From: Marsupella aquatica
Taxonomy: Eukaryota; Plantae; Marchantiophyta
Reading direction: 5' to 3'
DNA length: 64,000 bases
Assembly: GCA_973895155.1 (NCBI GenBank)
Contig: OZ316897.1
Location: 19,781,224 to 19,845,223, forward strand
The notes beneath the pieces were generated by a model, which had not been told where the DNA came from, ran no database searches, and saw only the letters and a list, made by a program, of their open reading frames with translations. The position numbers were made by a program, and so were the translations under genes. The first letter of the stretch is position 1; the number at the start of each line of letters is the position of its first letter. Below, one piece after another: positions 22,601-37,003 of the stretch.

Positions 22601-25600
22601 GGCACTCGTATACAATCATGGAGTAGGTGCAAGATGTAGACAATCGGGAAGTAGAAGCGAGTAGATTTATTGCTTATTACTCGTATTAGACATGAACTGA
22701 CGTAAACCCAGCTCATCGACAGTGCGACGATTCCTCTTGCCTGTCTGGTTCACAGTCATGTAGTTCCGTAGATTGATACCACGTCCTTTCCGACGTTCTT
22801 CTTGAGTGTGCTCTTCAAGTTAAATTAAGTCATATCAATCCCGTTTCTCCCACGAGGTCGGGATGTGTATCTAGCATTCTAGCTCGCCATCTTGCTCGGA
22901 ATGCTGTATGGCACACCATCAGAGAGCCCTGTAGGGATTTACAACTCTAATATTTACTTCAGCCGGAGAAGCATGGATGGTTCCAATTACCGTGTACCTC
23001 CACAACATGGACGCTATCCGTCCTGCCAGGAAATGTAGATGTCCGTACCAGACTCGTGAAGTACTGTAGACTCAAGAGGTTCGTGGTACCGTCACCAACA
23101 ATCACTTCGTGAGAGCGGCCATATAGTCGTAATTACGTGACGATGATGCAGCAGCTGCACGATGACCAAGATAGGACGATGACTGTACTCTGCAACCTCA
23201 TACCTTCAATATCAGTTATAATGAATCACAGGAAAAAGTCAAACCACAATGCAAAATACATGACATGGAAGCCCGTTGACGAGTAAAAAGACCCAACGTA
23301 CTATGAGGTGCTTTCTCACCTCTCTAAAACCATTGTGGTGTTTTGTTAATGTGCATGATGGCGGGAAGGAAGGGTGTGCAACTGTAGAGAAACAAGTAGT
23401 CTAGTTGGATGGGCCTGTTTTCGGTTTTCAAGGCAAAAAAAGAAACAAGTAGGCTAAACCTTTAGTGAATGTATGATTATGCTGAAAGTACCACGATTCC
23501 TACTCGATTGTTTGCTGAAACTAACTGTGTAACCCTCTTCATTTATATACACCACCAACTTTGGAAGCTGGATATGTTGAAAACGAGAGACAAGAAGCCA
23601 AGAATTCTGGGAGATCACCCCGGAGATCACCCCTGATAAAAAAGACGTAGGTCTCCCCAAACAACCCCTACCAAGGAGACCAGTGTTTTTTTTAGTAGCG
23701 AAAATTAGCTAGATTCCACCTCCCCAAAAATCTTTAGCCACTTTTGGTGAAAATTGGCTACTATTTTGCTGTCTCAATAGCCAGTGTTCCACCTAATCCC
23801 AGGCCCCATTAGCCAGAATCTAACGGTCAACTTTAAATCTAGGGAGATCTGACAGTCAGGAAAATAATTGGATAGAGAATCTTTTGAGCATCTTCTCCTT
23901 CACACACTTTACATTAGCCACTTTGGCAAAAATAACGCTGAAGGAGACCCTTCCCCTTGACTGTTGGCTGAGTGGGCAGTATCATTGTCCAAGTAAATGC
24001 TTAGGATGCCAGATTTTGGCTCTTGTTTATCTGTGTACGACAGCAAAACTTGAAATCCTGTAAAAGGTTGTGGCAAAGACTTGTCACAAGCTGAGTCACA
24101 ACATAAGCAAAATACATACCAAATTTTTCTTGGCCAAAGTACTTGCCTTTACTGGCAGGATTTCGCTTTAGAGGATCTCAAGCTTTGCTGTAGACGTGAA
24201 TATGGGTTTTTGTATTAGCAATTTGAATAAAAAACTGGTGGCTTTGGTGTAAATTATTTTTTGTATCTTCTCGAAGGTTGCAGGGTCGACACAAATTTTG
24301 TGTAATGAGGTAGGAGCTTGTGTTCCTACTTGATTCTTGAGGTATGTGGTTATTTTGGGCATTTGGAGCTTCTCACAGTTGGACAAATTAATCGTGGACC
24401 GTGAATAAAGGAGAATGGTCCAAAAAACATATTTAGTTAGCCAACTACTGTACTTCCATGATTCGAGTCCAATTTGTCTCATTATGACTATAGGGTGCAT
24501 ATATAGAAAGTGGCGCACAGCGTTTGGTTTTCTCTGCGCAAGCAGTTTGTGTGTGGGTGAGTTTACACCACCTTTGAACACAACGAACTGTCATCCCAAT
24601 TATTTTCATGTACATTTCTATTTTTTCCCGTCGTCATGCATTGAGATGCACGGTAGTGAGGTAGTCTAATGAGTCAGTGAGAAGCAGATTTCCCAATTGA
24701 CGAAGCTGGCAGGCGATAGTGAGCTCCATAGTCCATATGGTCACGCCCGCCCCCGCCTCGCTTCACGCAAGGTTTGATTTGGAGGAAGATGTTATTATTA
24801 TAATGGCTATAATAAGCATTAGCGCAAAGGTCATTCGAAGGTGTTGAACTGGACGATCCAAACTGATGGACCTGACGCGTTATGAGTGTTATCGGTGGGC
24901 TCTCTTCAGTCTCTTGGGAAAGTTGTCTAGACTTCACCCGGCAGGCACGCCCTGCACTGTCGGACAAATCGTGCCTACCCCGATTCAGAAAGCAAATGCA
25001 TCCGCTGCAAAAAAGGCGTCACCTTCCTCGACAGTGCTACGCTTCGGAGCTGCCAGTCTCCAAGTCGAAGCGTAGGTCACCTAGGCACTCAGCTACTCGA
25101 TGGAAATCTCCCCCGTCCATGTAAGCTGACTGCAAGCTAAGCGGAGGTAAAGCTGAGCTGAGCAGCTGTCTCCTTGGACAAATCTCTCCGTCCATAGAAG
25201 CCAGCGAGTGGCCGTGTACTGTAAAGTGGAATGCTGCCGTTGTACAAATATTTCCTCCCCAACCCCAACTGCGCAGCAGCTTACTCTTCCGGTGTGGGAT
25301 AACTCATCCTGCTCACTGGCGTTCTTTCACTCGTTTTGGTCGGCCCAGCTCCTCGGCCAGCTCACGATTCAATCGGCCAGCTAAGCCAAAGCTACGAAGC
25401 AGACAACCGGTTGCGAAGACGGGCTTTGATTGACTGCAACGATCTTCAGCCTCAATTTGCACATTGCAGGCTTTAAAATTGCGGATCCTGGAGTGGGTTT
25501 AGACAGCTGAAACCATACTCGACATCATCGTGAAGGATTCGAGAGGTACCAGCTGAATCTGCTCGAGTACTGCTAAAACTCGTGAGAAGAAGTGTGCTAG

Positions 25601-25725
25601 ACTGTCCGATTCGGGCAGTGAGATCGATCACGTCACTCTTATCTGTGACCTCGAGGTGGGCTGGACTTCGTTGAGGAGTGCGGTGTTTATTCTGATCACA
25701 AATTCGGGACGTGACGGTATTCAGG

Positions 25726-27395
25726 ATGGCTTATAAGCGGGCACTTCTCGTGCTTTGTTTTAGTGTGCTTCTGGTCACCTGTCAAGCGGGTTTTTTCGAT
25801 CTATTTCGAGCATCATGGGGCGGACAAAACATACATCCCAACGACATATCCGACTCAGTGGAAATCTCCCTCACGGCTGACGGAATGGGTTAGTAACTAG
25901 CCTACATGACATTGAGCTTCAGCGTTGGAATGTCGAAGATTCTGTTGAGAATGCATTGAATGTATTGTGAGCAGGTGTATTGTCTGCCGGTGTCAAGTTC
26001 GAGATCGGTGGGTAATGGCTGAGATTTCATCAGTACTGGTCGTCACATTGGAGGGGTATAGAATGCTCATCGCTGACTTGTCAAATTTGTCTGGCAGGGT
26101 CTACTTTCGACTCTAGCAACCTATATTTATTCGGCTCCTTTTCTGCGCAAATAAAACTCGTACCTGGAAATTCTGCCGGTACCGTAGCAGCTTTCTTCGT
26201 AAGTATTGATCACGCATTGTGTACTCAGAGCACAGAAGATCGCCACCCTGCCCGATATCTTCGAGACTCCACTGGACGTCATTTTCTTATCGATTCGACT
26301 TGAAGTTTGGTCATCTGTGTCCGATTCGTCAAATGTTACTACAATGTTGGTAGAAATAGCACATCACCGTACAGCTTCTTTCTCCTTGTTGGCATATTTG
26401 CGTAGTCTGAAAGCGTCTGGAAGTTTATCGTTGCGAGGATGAAACTCTGCAGAAAGATCTTAAAGAGGCCTTAACATCTAGGAGTGTTGTTTCACTGCGG
26501 TCCATTCCTCTCCCCACTTGTCATGATTACGATTTTGAGTATCAATGTTATCGTTCGGAAGGTCATTCCTTAGCAGTGCGTTTTCCTACCATCTAATGAT
26601 TCTCTGAATAATGGTCTTTACGGTTTTTGCAGCTCATTTCTAGCGGAGACGCTGGCTCTCATGACGAGATAGACTTCGAGTTCCTCGGCAATGTGTCTGG
26701 CCAGCCATACCTCTTACACACCAACTTATTTGCTAACGGCACGGGCGATCGGGAAGAAGAGATCACGCTGTGGTTCGACCCAACTGAGGACTACCACACC
26801 TACCGCGCTGTTTGGAACCATTTCCTTGTGTTGTAAGTGCATTTTTCTCACATCCCTTCTCCTGGAATGAACTTGGTCTAAATGGGAGTCGTCCGCATTC
26901 TGTGCCCGCTAGTTAGGTTGTACATTTTTGCATGACATGCTGTCCATTAGTGTTGAAACTGAATCGTCCATCTTTCTTGATTGTACGTACAGGTGGCTGG
27001 TGGATGACATTCCCATCCGCGTGTATCATAACATCGAAAATATTGTCCCTGCATCATTTCCCACTTCCCGGCCTATGCTTGTCTCCGGCTGCATATTTGA
27101 TGGCAGCCAATGGGCAACGCAAGGTGGCGCAATCCCCATCGACTACACTGCCGCACCTTTCAATATGAACTTCAAGAATTTCGCCTTCGATTCATGCATT
27201 GCGGTTAACGGCAATGGCGCCTCTTGCGAGACGAATTATGCTAGCAACTCGTGGGAGTTACCTCCTTACAATACCTTTGGAAGTGACTGGAAGAACCAGA
27301 TGGCATGGGTTCGTAAACACTTCCTCCATTACAATTATTGCAGTGATACTGCGAGGTATCCTACGGCTCCGCTCGAGTGCACGTACAACAGTTAG
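25726..27395 (+). CDS. XTH: Xyloglucan endotransglucosylase/hydrolase (GH16), 4 exons
   Basis: Exons 25726-25888, 26098-26198, 26633-26832, 26993-27395. Signal peptide, [12 protein letters not shown], catalytic [16 protein letters not shown] and C-terminal YNYC.D..RY. Confidence 0.95.
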
Positions 27396-28339
27396 TCAAT
27401 AGAAACATGCGACCCTTTCAAATGAATCGAGAATTCTCTCGACGAAAGCAAGCGATTTACGCTCACACTGGACATGCTTGGTTTTGGATGGCATGGAAAT
27501 CTGGAGAGTACCCTTCTGGCTAGTAATTAGTTATTTAATCGCTTAAAATGTCCATTATTTCCGCTGACCTGAGTATCGATTCTCTGTCAGTGAGTGTAGA
27601 AAATCAATTAATTATTTGGAAGTGAATTGATGAGAGCAATGGTGTCCCCAACCTTTTTATTTATGACAATCATGCTTCGTTCCACCGGCCACCGTTTCTT
27701 AGGTGTGCATTGACAACAGGCATAACTCCTTTTGAAAGGATCGTTTCGTATACAGCAGTGAGGGTTTTTTTTACAAATAGAATTGCGGTTCTGGGAACGT
27801 CCGCGAATGTAATGTGGAATAAATGTTAAAGCATCTGACTTCTGTGCCTCAACGCCTTGGCTTGCGAAGGGGATTAGCTGTGCAAGAGGACATTTGTGAG
27901 CATGTGAGCTGTGACCATTAGAGCTACAGTAGTTCGTTCCTCCATAGAATTGATCTTTACCATCTTGATGCACTTCATGGCAATCCATCAAGTGCAGTTC
28001 TCCCGCAATAAAAAAATTCAGAAGAGTGTTTCACTGTCGCAAGAAATGAGCTTTATGCATTGTGAGAGTGTAACAACGGCAAGTCCGGAGACTGAGCACG
28101 TTGGTCCCAGCCGGCAGAACCTGTGTTGCGTGTGGGATATAGTTGGCAATGATCAAGTTTCTATAATGGCTGAGGTAAGAAGGCTCTCACTTGTCAGTAC
28201 CTCGTCCATTCTGTTGGGTGGTTAGCTCCATTCTCAAAATTGCGGTGCACCTTGTCTAAGGGTGGTCGGGAGGATGGTTAGATGCATCTCCACATTGCAG
28301 GATACGATTTTAAGAGCAAGGTCACGGAAAGAGGAGCCA

Positions 28340-28800
28340 GCATGCACCTATAAGTCTTGCACTACAGTCCCAGCATGCACCTAGTATAAGTTGTTTGTTA
28401 CAGTCCCCGGGAGACACCTCAATAAGTTATGCATTACGGCTCCCCAGTAACCGTTAGTATAAGTTGTGTATTTCAGTCCCCAGTACGCACTCCAGTAAAT
28501 TATACAGCACTATAGTTCCAGCATCCGTCAGTAGAAGGTGTGCGATACAGTCCCAGCATGCCCGTACTACGGTCCCCAGCACAGACATGTACAACTTATG
28601 CACTATAGTCCCTAGCATCCACTTATGCAATTCGTGCACTAAGCTAAGGTAGTATACTTTTCTGTTACTAAAATGTGCATTTGTGCGTCAAGCTCAGTAC
28701 ACCACAAGTAAATTGTCAAGTTAACTGTCAACTATAAGGTAGGCACTGCAGTCCCATGTATGCACTTCTACAAGTTATGCACTAGAATATAGGTGCTGCC
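28340..28800. repeat. Degenerate short tandem array (cagtcccagcatgcac...aagttatgcact)
   Basis: Repeated imperfect gtccc(a)gca / aagttatgcac units spaced a few tens of bases apart. Confidence 0.6.
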
Positions 28801-31800
28801 TCACCAAATGTTACTGAAATGTGCATTTACTCCAGTGGCTGTTGTGCACTCATTTGATAATTCTAAGTGGACTACTAAGTAAAACCTTAAATAAAAAATG
28901 CATTTCCAAGTAAAAGTGAAATACATTACCAAGTAAATACACAAGATCCATATAAACCTATTGCAACCGCCAAACAGATGCTCATCTTTTAGAATACCAA
29001 TGCTACAGTCACACAAAGTCTTTTAAAAATCAGGACCTACTGTAGCTGCAAACAACACGTACTCCTCCACTAAACTTTACCAACAAAATACCCCTACTAT
29101 ATCCACATAACACCTACACTAATGGAGTGAGTAACTTCATCTAACCCATTTCAGATAATACCTTTGCCACTATCTACAGTACTTGACTGGGCCATTTCAA
29201 GATCCAATACAACAGACACTCAGTATATATCACAGTGCAGAAGAACACATTTCAGATAATGCTATCGCTAACTATCATCTACTGTACTTGACTGAGCTAT
29301 TTCATGATCGAATATAACCCCTACCAGCCCAAGAACCAAAAAATAAGTTCGTGCTGCCAAGATATAAGTGTGTTCAAGGAACCCTGTTGTTCAATAAGTG
29401 AAAATTTTAATTATATATTGCTTTTGCATGATGCTCCCATGGGCTGAGCCCCTGAACCATGGCACTCCCATGAACTGCCACCGGGACTGCCACACCTTTT
29501 ACACCTTCACTCGTTGACACCCTTTTCATTTCCAAGAAATATTATCAACAAAGTTTGACCTTTGTTATCTCCCTTCGTATCTAATGGAACTGGTTAGTCG
29601 TGAGCTTGTAAGAAGCTACTTGGATATATCTTTCCAACCATCATAACATCTAGTTTTCATGATGAATTGGGAGAGCTACTCAGTATACTCATGTACGTGA
29701 ACTGAAAAGAGGGATTTGCTGTTATCTGTCCTGGTTGAAAAATTATATCCAAGCATTTTGGCAAACATGGAGGTCCATCGCTGCTTCGCTTTTGTTCTGA
29801 AGGAGCCTGGTGCTTAGGATTATCAAGGGTGCTAGGTAAGTATACCACGGATGTCATGGATTTTTGGGGTTTTATTTATTACTTTTGAAAAGGTGTGAAA
29901 CTTAATTGCACATGAGAGGAAAATGTGAGACTTAGAAAATGGGTTTTGTAATATTTCTATAACACTTACAACTACTATGTGTATGGGGTGTTGACACATT
30001 GTGACACATTAAACCTTCCCAAAGATGATTTGAAACAGAACCCATGTTATGCAAGAACAGAATATGCAGCAAAAACGATGTCACCCAGGATTGAACTTGA
30101 GACATACTTGTCACAAATCACTCCTACCATTCCGAGAACAATCTTGTAAGTTGTAACCTACTCTAATGTTAAATCCCTTCAAGGCTTTGTCTCTAAGTAT
30201 GTATTTCTCTGTACTATATGGAAGAGAATGCCCATCAGAGGAGGCTCTGAAAAGGCATTGTGATTTGTCCACTCCTTGTCTCTTGTTTAGAAGTGACCTC
30301 TCCATTTCCTGCAGTGGACTTCTCATTTGATATCACTGGTTGTGATGAAATCTGAAACCAAAATCTTGAAAATGACCAATCTTTTTGTGTCTGGCAGTTC
30401 TTATAAAGCCTCCATTGGGGTTATTAATAGACAATTACTGTACTGGTTTGTGCAAGGGCAGAGCTAGGATAATGTAACCTAGGGGTAAAAACATCTCCAG
30501 CCCATACTAGAAAACATTTAGTGTTTTGGCTGGGTCAATGAATCTAGTAACTCAAATGCCAAGAGTCCTATCCCACCCATTCACTGTAATGCTGTTCAGG
30601 TATGGGTTTTGGGTTAGTGGATGGTCAGTATTTGGAAGGCAATATACAATTCTGATTTCTATGACTTACTTGGTTGTTGGGTTTTCAAGATTGTAATCTA
30701 GGGTGATTGATTTCTAGTGTTGAAGAAAATTATTCAATAAGGGTTGGGACTGAGTTTGATTTGACAATGACTGCTGGTTATTGTCCAGTAGTGTCGCTCT
30801 GGTTTGCACAGGGCGTGCACAAAAAATTACTTCTGTTTGACTCCTATCCCCGCTCCTATCAAGAAATAACTCTAGATCAAGATATAGTTCTGAACAGTTT
30901 TCATGTCTTAATCTCAGAAATAATGGATACATAAAACAGTCAGCGTTTTAACATCAAGATGCCTAGAATATTCTTAAAAGGTTACAGGACTGTTGTAACC
31001 CATAGGTTAGGTCAACATCCCACGCTAGTTAGGGGATTAAAGTAGTTACTATAACTACCACTACATGTATACCTATGAGGTATTAGTAAACCCCCATGAA
31101 TGGATGAACCTTGATTGTTGGTGTACTTGACATTTTCTTTCCTAAGAATTATCCCCACCTCTCAATAAGGACCAAATTATCTGGAGGGTTGACAAAAAGT
31201 ACCCCAAATTATTATGTAAGTTGGGTCCAAAATTTCCAAATTTTTTTGGCTGTTTTTCACAAACCTGGATGGCACTAAGGTAAACTAAAACAAGGGTGTT
31301 GTCACACATCTATTTAACTACTCCCTAGGGGCTTTACAAGAACTGGGGATACAAATAGTAGTTGTTCACCCATTGTAACCTGGTGAGTACCCTTGCTTAC
31401 AACAAAGCTAGACTACCTTGGCCAAACTGTATAATTAGGTCTGTGGTGTTAAGCAAACAACCCAAAACTATGCAGAAATCAAACAAAAAGAGTTTTCACC
31501 TTGCAACATCTGTTTTATTGTGAGGAACAAAGACAGTTGTTGGTTGATGTGCTGAACTCTGTTTTAATTGCAAACTGGTCTGTCAATGGCAAAATATCAC
31601 AACTTCTTCCTCATATGGTTAAAAAAGTCAATCATCTAAGTATTCAAAACAGTGAGTGTGCGCCCCAATCTATCCAATGAGTCCAATTCAAGCAAATCTC
31701 CCTCCACTTGAGCCAATCTTGACACCAAAAAAGAACCTCATGCAATTATAACTAAGATTCCATGATAGCTTGCAAAACACCATTTCAAAATTGGTTTTGA

Positions 31801-33922
31801 CTCGTCTAGTCATGCTCGCTTCACCTCAGGGGTTTTGCTTTAACAAAAATGACACATCACGTGCAACAAAGTATAGGGTCATTTTATTGGTTCAAAGGGA
31901 AGACTTAAGAATTTTTTGAGAATAACACTAGGGTCTTTTAAATCAAATTTTGAGACTTATAAGAACATTAGAGTCCTTATAACCAATTTTTTTGAATATT
32001 CCAAGAATATTCCAACTTTATAGGGGTTGAAAGATATTTATTTTCTTACATTTTAGGACGTCCGAGGCCTAAAAACGTCACAGGTGATTGGGAGGCATCC
32101 ATAGAGTGAGACCCCGAGCGCTTCACCAACTGTACAACATATAACAAAAACCTTCACATCCCCTTGAGCTATTTGATGAGCTATGACTCACCTTTCCACA
32201 TTCAATGTATTGCCCACAATTTAGAAAAAACTCTCCTTTTTCCCCCCAACAAACTTCAAAAATCAATCTTTTCAACTTCCTTAACAAATTGAATAACCTC
32301 TCCCCCCCCCCCTGCCCCCTCCAAAGTTGAGTCAATGAGCCCTCTCATCTATTTATCTGATGAGCCCAAAACATCCAAATTCCAGGTGACAGAATTCCAG
32401 GATTTTTTCCAAACAATCTTCAAAGGAAACATCCCATTGAACTAAAGAGCTATCAACTCCCAAACATGCTTTGATATCAATTGTAAGTCTTGTTGTAAGT
32501 TGAGCAAATGATAGCTACTTATAGACAACATGCAAGTATATCCAACAAACACACAAAAGTTGACACAAAATAGATGTGCTTCACCTTTTCGGAGGCTAGT
32601 ATGTCCACCAGAACACACAAGAGTTTTATTGAACTATAAATCCGTTGGTCATGTCAAATATATATATTCACAGATTGAGTTCTCCCTATGTATTAACTGG
32701 CTCAGTAATAATGAGTCTAATTTTCACTGTCTCACTAACTAAATCCTATTAGCCAAGATGGTGATAGCAAATCTAACCTTAACCAAGTATCTGACTACAG
32801 GTAGAGCATTGTAATTGATTCTAAACCTAAAAGTAAATATCTCACGAATCATTCAATGGTGAAAATAGATCCTTAGGATGTTGATCCTTAGATCATTTAA
32901 AGCTAATCAAAGTTAATTAAATGCTCAACTAATAGTGGAGAACAGTGGCACCAAAATGATTAAACCAAACAGAGTTTTAAAGTGTCTAATTCAACAAAAG
33001 AAAGTGGCAATCTTGTAAATGTGAGGCTCTTGTAAGACGCCCCTTTACATAGCATGCTCATGCTTGAGGGATCCAAGGTAGAACTCAGTCTAGCCATGGG
33101 TACTAGTGCACCCAAGTATCAGTTTGCCCCTTTGGAGGACATCCATGTCTCACTAAATGTGGATTGATAGCTCATCACACTATTGCACATATAGAATATG
33201 TGGATCATTAGCTCATCATACTTTTGCACTAGATGTGGATCACACTATTGCAATGATAGATTTTTTTTGGTTTTTTTTGGTTTTTTGCAATGATAAATCT
33301 TTTATCTCTAATTTTTCTTCTTGCTAGGTTTTTGGGATTTAATTGGGTTTGCCCTCTTCTTTTGAGTTTCATGTCTGTGAGAATGATCACCTTGACATAC
33401 TCTGCCACTCCTTTAATTTAATTGGTACACGGTTGCCACTTCATTTCCCAGGCAAGCTAAGCAAAGTAACTCTTGTTTGTTTTGAACGATTTAAAACTAA
33501 ACATCCTGCCAGTTTTAGCTTAGGTTTCTCACTCCCTGCTACATTGCAGCTTCTACAGAATGTTAAGTGACAACTCTAGCGATCTCTTTATGGTCATGCG
33601 TCCACTTACTATGGTCTTCAATTAGCCACTTACTCCTCTCCATGTGTAGGCTTTAATTTCTCATTGCAAGTCATACTGTAGCTGCTGTACAATGTTGAGC
33701 CAGGCAAACACAATAGGAATGTCAACAGGTCCAAATGAATCACAAGTGAACACAAGACCTGAAATTATGATCAAATACACATGATGCACTTTATGAGAAT
33801 ATATGGTCTTCAAAATTTCTCGCATACATTGCTCTATATCTCTTAAAGTAGAACCTAGGCCTTAATCCTACAAGTGGTTGTTTGTCTGACCAATCCAAAA
33901 CCTAGTAGAGAACCTTTGCTCT

Positions 33923-34408
33923 GTTTTTTAATTTTATTTTTCCTTGAAGACCAAGAGCTGACGCATCCAACATAGGACAGACAATCAACTTCACAGCATC
34001 CAACATAGGACAGACAATCAACTTCACAACATGCACCTTTGTAAGGTAACGCATGAAGGGGGTCATACCCAGGACCAGGAGGGAGAGAGGGTTGGACCAG
34101 AGCCCCCAAGCGGACTCCCATCACTACACCTCACCTACACACACACTCACCCTCCGCAACCCTTGCATGTGGAGGGGGGATTGAACCCTCACCCTCCACA
34201 ACCCTTGCATGTAGAGGGGGGATTGAACCTCACCCTCTGCAACCCTTGCATGTGGAGGGGGCATTGAACCCTCACCCTCCCCAACCCTTGCATGTAGAGG
34301 GGGGATTGAACCTCACCCTCCCCAACCCTTGCATGTGGAGAGGGGATTGAACCTGGGACCTGTTCCAGGCTTGTCCCCTGGCCAACCGACCAAAGCCAGT
34401 TGGATCGT
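33923..34408 (-). mobile_element. Putative tRNA-derived SINE-like element with an internal 5-unit tandem repeat
   Basis: Minus strand: A-box-like TGGTCGGTTGG, B-box GGTTCAATCCC, five ~42-bp units (34146-34353), A-rich tail near 33923-33941, and ACAGAG near both ends. Confidence 0.45.
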
Positions 34409-35845
34409 CTCTCTGTCTTCTTGGCTTGTGGTGACAGTCGGGGTTTAGGGTTTACTACCATACTAAATCGGCAGAAACCGAAGTGTTGATCTATTCCTCG
34501 TTACCACAGCTTTCGCAATGTCACGACCAATTCCGAGCGGTGGAATTATCGCAGTATGAGATATGAGATACGAGATTCCAGTTGTCGCTAGAGTCAGAGC
34601 TGATGGCATTGAGGTACACTTATGGCTTCCTTCACCTCCCCGAAGTTGACACAGAGCCTGTCAGTGCTGGGACCAATTCCGTGAATTATGGTTGTGCTAA
34701 TTTGGAACCCATCTCATATATCACGTGTTGAGGTTTGATCACTTTTCATGGACAGACTGTCGAGTTTCTTGTGGTCGGCAGGAGCCTTCTTCAAGCTTTC
34801 TTCCTGGCTCAGTGCAGAACAGGTTCAGAGGAAGATCCCTGCAGTGAGATCCGTTGCTTGAGTTCTTGCTTCTGGACTCATCGCTCATCGTCTACAGACA
34901 CAGGGAGCTCTTGTCCATTGGCCTTTGCTTGTGCACGCTGCCGTGACAATTAAGAGCCTTGTGCAAGAAAGATCATGCCCTTGAGCAGGACAGCAACGTA
35001 CGAACGCTCTTCGGGTCAGGTTGGCACAATTGGCTTCGAAGCGAGAGATCACGATCGTCACGATATGTCTTTCTTGTGGTCGATGCCGTGCCTGTCGGAA
35101 AGGTTCACGCGCATGAAATTTCTAAGAACTTGTAAGAAGTGGGAGCTCTACGATTGCTCTCTCACGCACGAGTGCAGGCAGGGGGGAGAGTTTGTTCGAG
35201 ACGATAAGTAATTTCCGCACACTGTCGGGCAATTCCATCATACAGTACTGTAGTCTGGGTTCTGGCTCTCGGCTCGGAATTCTCCGAACAGCAGGAATTT
35301 CAAGGACATAGGAGGATTCCGGAACATGTGGATTGTGGAGCTATGTGCGCGATCTCTACCGAAATTTGAAACTACTGCAATACAAAGGACGCAGGAGGCA
35401 TTGCGGGACAGCATTCTGCAGATGTCGTATCGAATGGAGCATTCCAGAGCTTCCGCAAGAACATCTCTGATTGGTTTGGTCACGCTGCTGGAACCCTAAA
35501 GCTTCTCCAGTGAGCAATCCATCCCGTTTCTCGGATGTGTGAGGCTTAAGTGGATCCAATTGCTTCTTTGCGGCGGGTTTGTGCTCGTAATCGTTCATGC
35601 TGTCCACGATCCGAATCCTTGCTCCCGAAGATGACCTGCGGCAGTTTTGAACCACAATGATAAGGGTTTTATTTGGGGGTCTGGAATTGTAGTTATTGAG
35701 TGCCTTTTCCCTGTTCAAGTGAATCTTGTGGGCTGTGTTGGTCCATTGATATTTTTCGGCAGGAGTCCAGAATTAATAGGGTTGGCTAGAGGGATATATT
35801 TTTATAAGCCTCCCGATTTTTGAAGCTTTTAATTCAAACATAGAG

Positions 35846-37003
35846 ATGGATGCCGAGGTGTGGAGGAAATTTCCGGACGAGCTTCTACCTGTAGTGCTCG
35901 CGCGCTTGCCATGGTGGAAAAACCTGCAACTTAGAGCTGTCTGCAAGTCCTGGCGTGGGCTGCTCTCAAACCCTGTTTTTCTGGCGAGCTCATCTCCGAT
36001 CTCTACTTCCCGCCCTCCGTGTGTTATTCTAAGTACTGCAGAAGAATGCGCCATTGTGAATTTTGCGATCAGGAGATGGAATGTCCTGCCCCAATCTTCT
36101 TTTCTTCCGGGCTTAAGGGCCGCAGATTGCTTCGAAATTTCTGCTGCTACGGCTGGGCTTTTTCTGATGGAAGGTAGGCACGAGAGCAGATTTCTAGTAA
36201 ACCCATTGAACAAAACTCAGAGGCAGCTTCCCCCTGTGCCACCCCTCGAAATTCCAACCTGGGGCACAAGCCCCCACCACCCTTTGAAGATGATGGTGAC
36301 TGGGAAGCGCAACAACGTCAAAATAGTCGGTGTTCAGTTCCAGATTCAATCCCTCGCGGCTGATGGGCATGGAATCGAAGCTGTGGCTGACTTTTTGCTG
36401 AGCGATTCAGAGCTTTGGAGCATTTATGTTTATGACTTGCTTAGAAATTCTTGGGACTTGGTATCCAAGAATCTGCAACGTGAGATTTCTCATTCGCTTG
36501 AGAATGCCATCTTTGTCCGGGACGACCTTTACCTTTTGACGAAACAGCAAGGAGGATTGAGACCCAGGAGGCATACCCACTCTGTCCTCAAGGCTATGGC
36601 GACAGACCTAGTTGAGGTGCCTATCGATTTCACTGCCGATAATCCTACCGTACACATATTTCAGCACCGCGGCTATCTGATGCTTGTGTGTGGGGCAGAA
36701 GAGTGGAAACCATGTGTTGACATCTGGAGGCTGGATGATATGACGCAGCACTGGGAGAAGGTGGTGTCTATGCCAGAGCGTCTCCTGACCAAGTTCTATG
36801 CTAAGTTACACAACGGAATCTTTAATTTCGATGCAGAGGGAGACTTCGCGTGCTTTTCGAATTACTTCAACACAGAGATTGTCATCGTTTATAACCTGGT
36901 GGATCAAGTGTGGTGGGAAATATCCTGCAAGGATTATATTAGCCAGGATTTGAATTTTCATGATACGTTTTTGTGGCAGCCCAACTTGAACATTGTTTTA
37001 TAA
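35846..37003 (+). CDS. F-box protein with kelch/FBA-like beta-propeller C-terminus, intronless
   Basis: N-terminal WRKFPDELLPVVLARLP...LRAVCKSW F-box; VNPLNKTQRQLPP; 385-aa open frame. Confidence 0.9.
   Translation: MDAEVWRKFPDELLPVVLARLPWWKNLQLRAVCKSWRGLLSNPVFLASSSPISTSRPPCVILSTAEECAIVNFAIRRWNVLPQSSFLPGLRAADCFEISAATAGLFLMEGRHESRFLVNPLNKTQRQLPPVPPLEIPTWGTSPHHPLKMMVTGKRNNVKIVGVQFQIQSLAADGHGIEAVADFLLSDSELWSIYVYDLLRNSWDLVSKNLQREISHSLENAIFVRDDLYLLTKQQGGLRPRRHTHSVLKAMATDLVEVPIDFTADNPTVHIFQHRGYLMLVCGAEEWKPCVDIWRLDDMTQHWEKVVSMPERLLTKFYAKLHNGIFNFDAEGDFACFSNYFNTEIVIVYNLVDQVWWEISCKDYISQDLNFHDTFLWQPNLNIVL

Noticed and set aside
31490-31800. Possible decayed exon on the minus strand
   Set aside because: Several stops and no family motif that I can recognise.
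34146-34353. CRISPR-like appearance of ~42-bp repeats
   Set aside because: Head-to-tail units without unique spacers, no cas genes, eukaryotic context.
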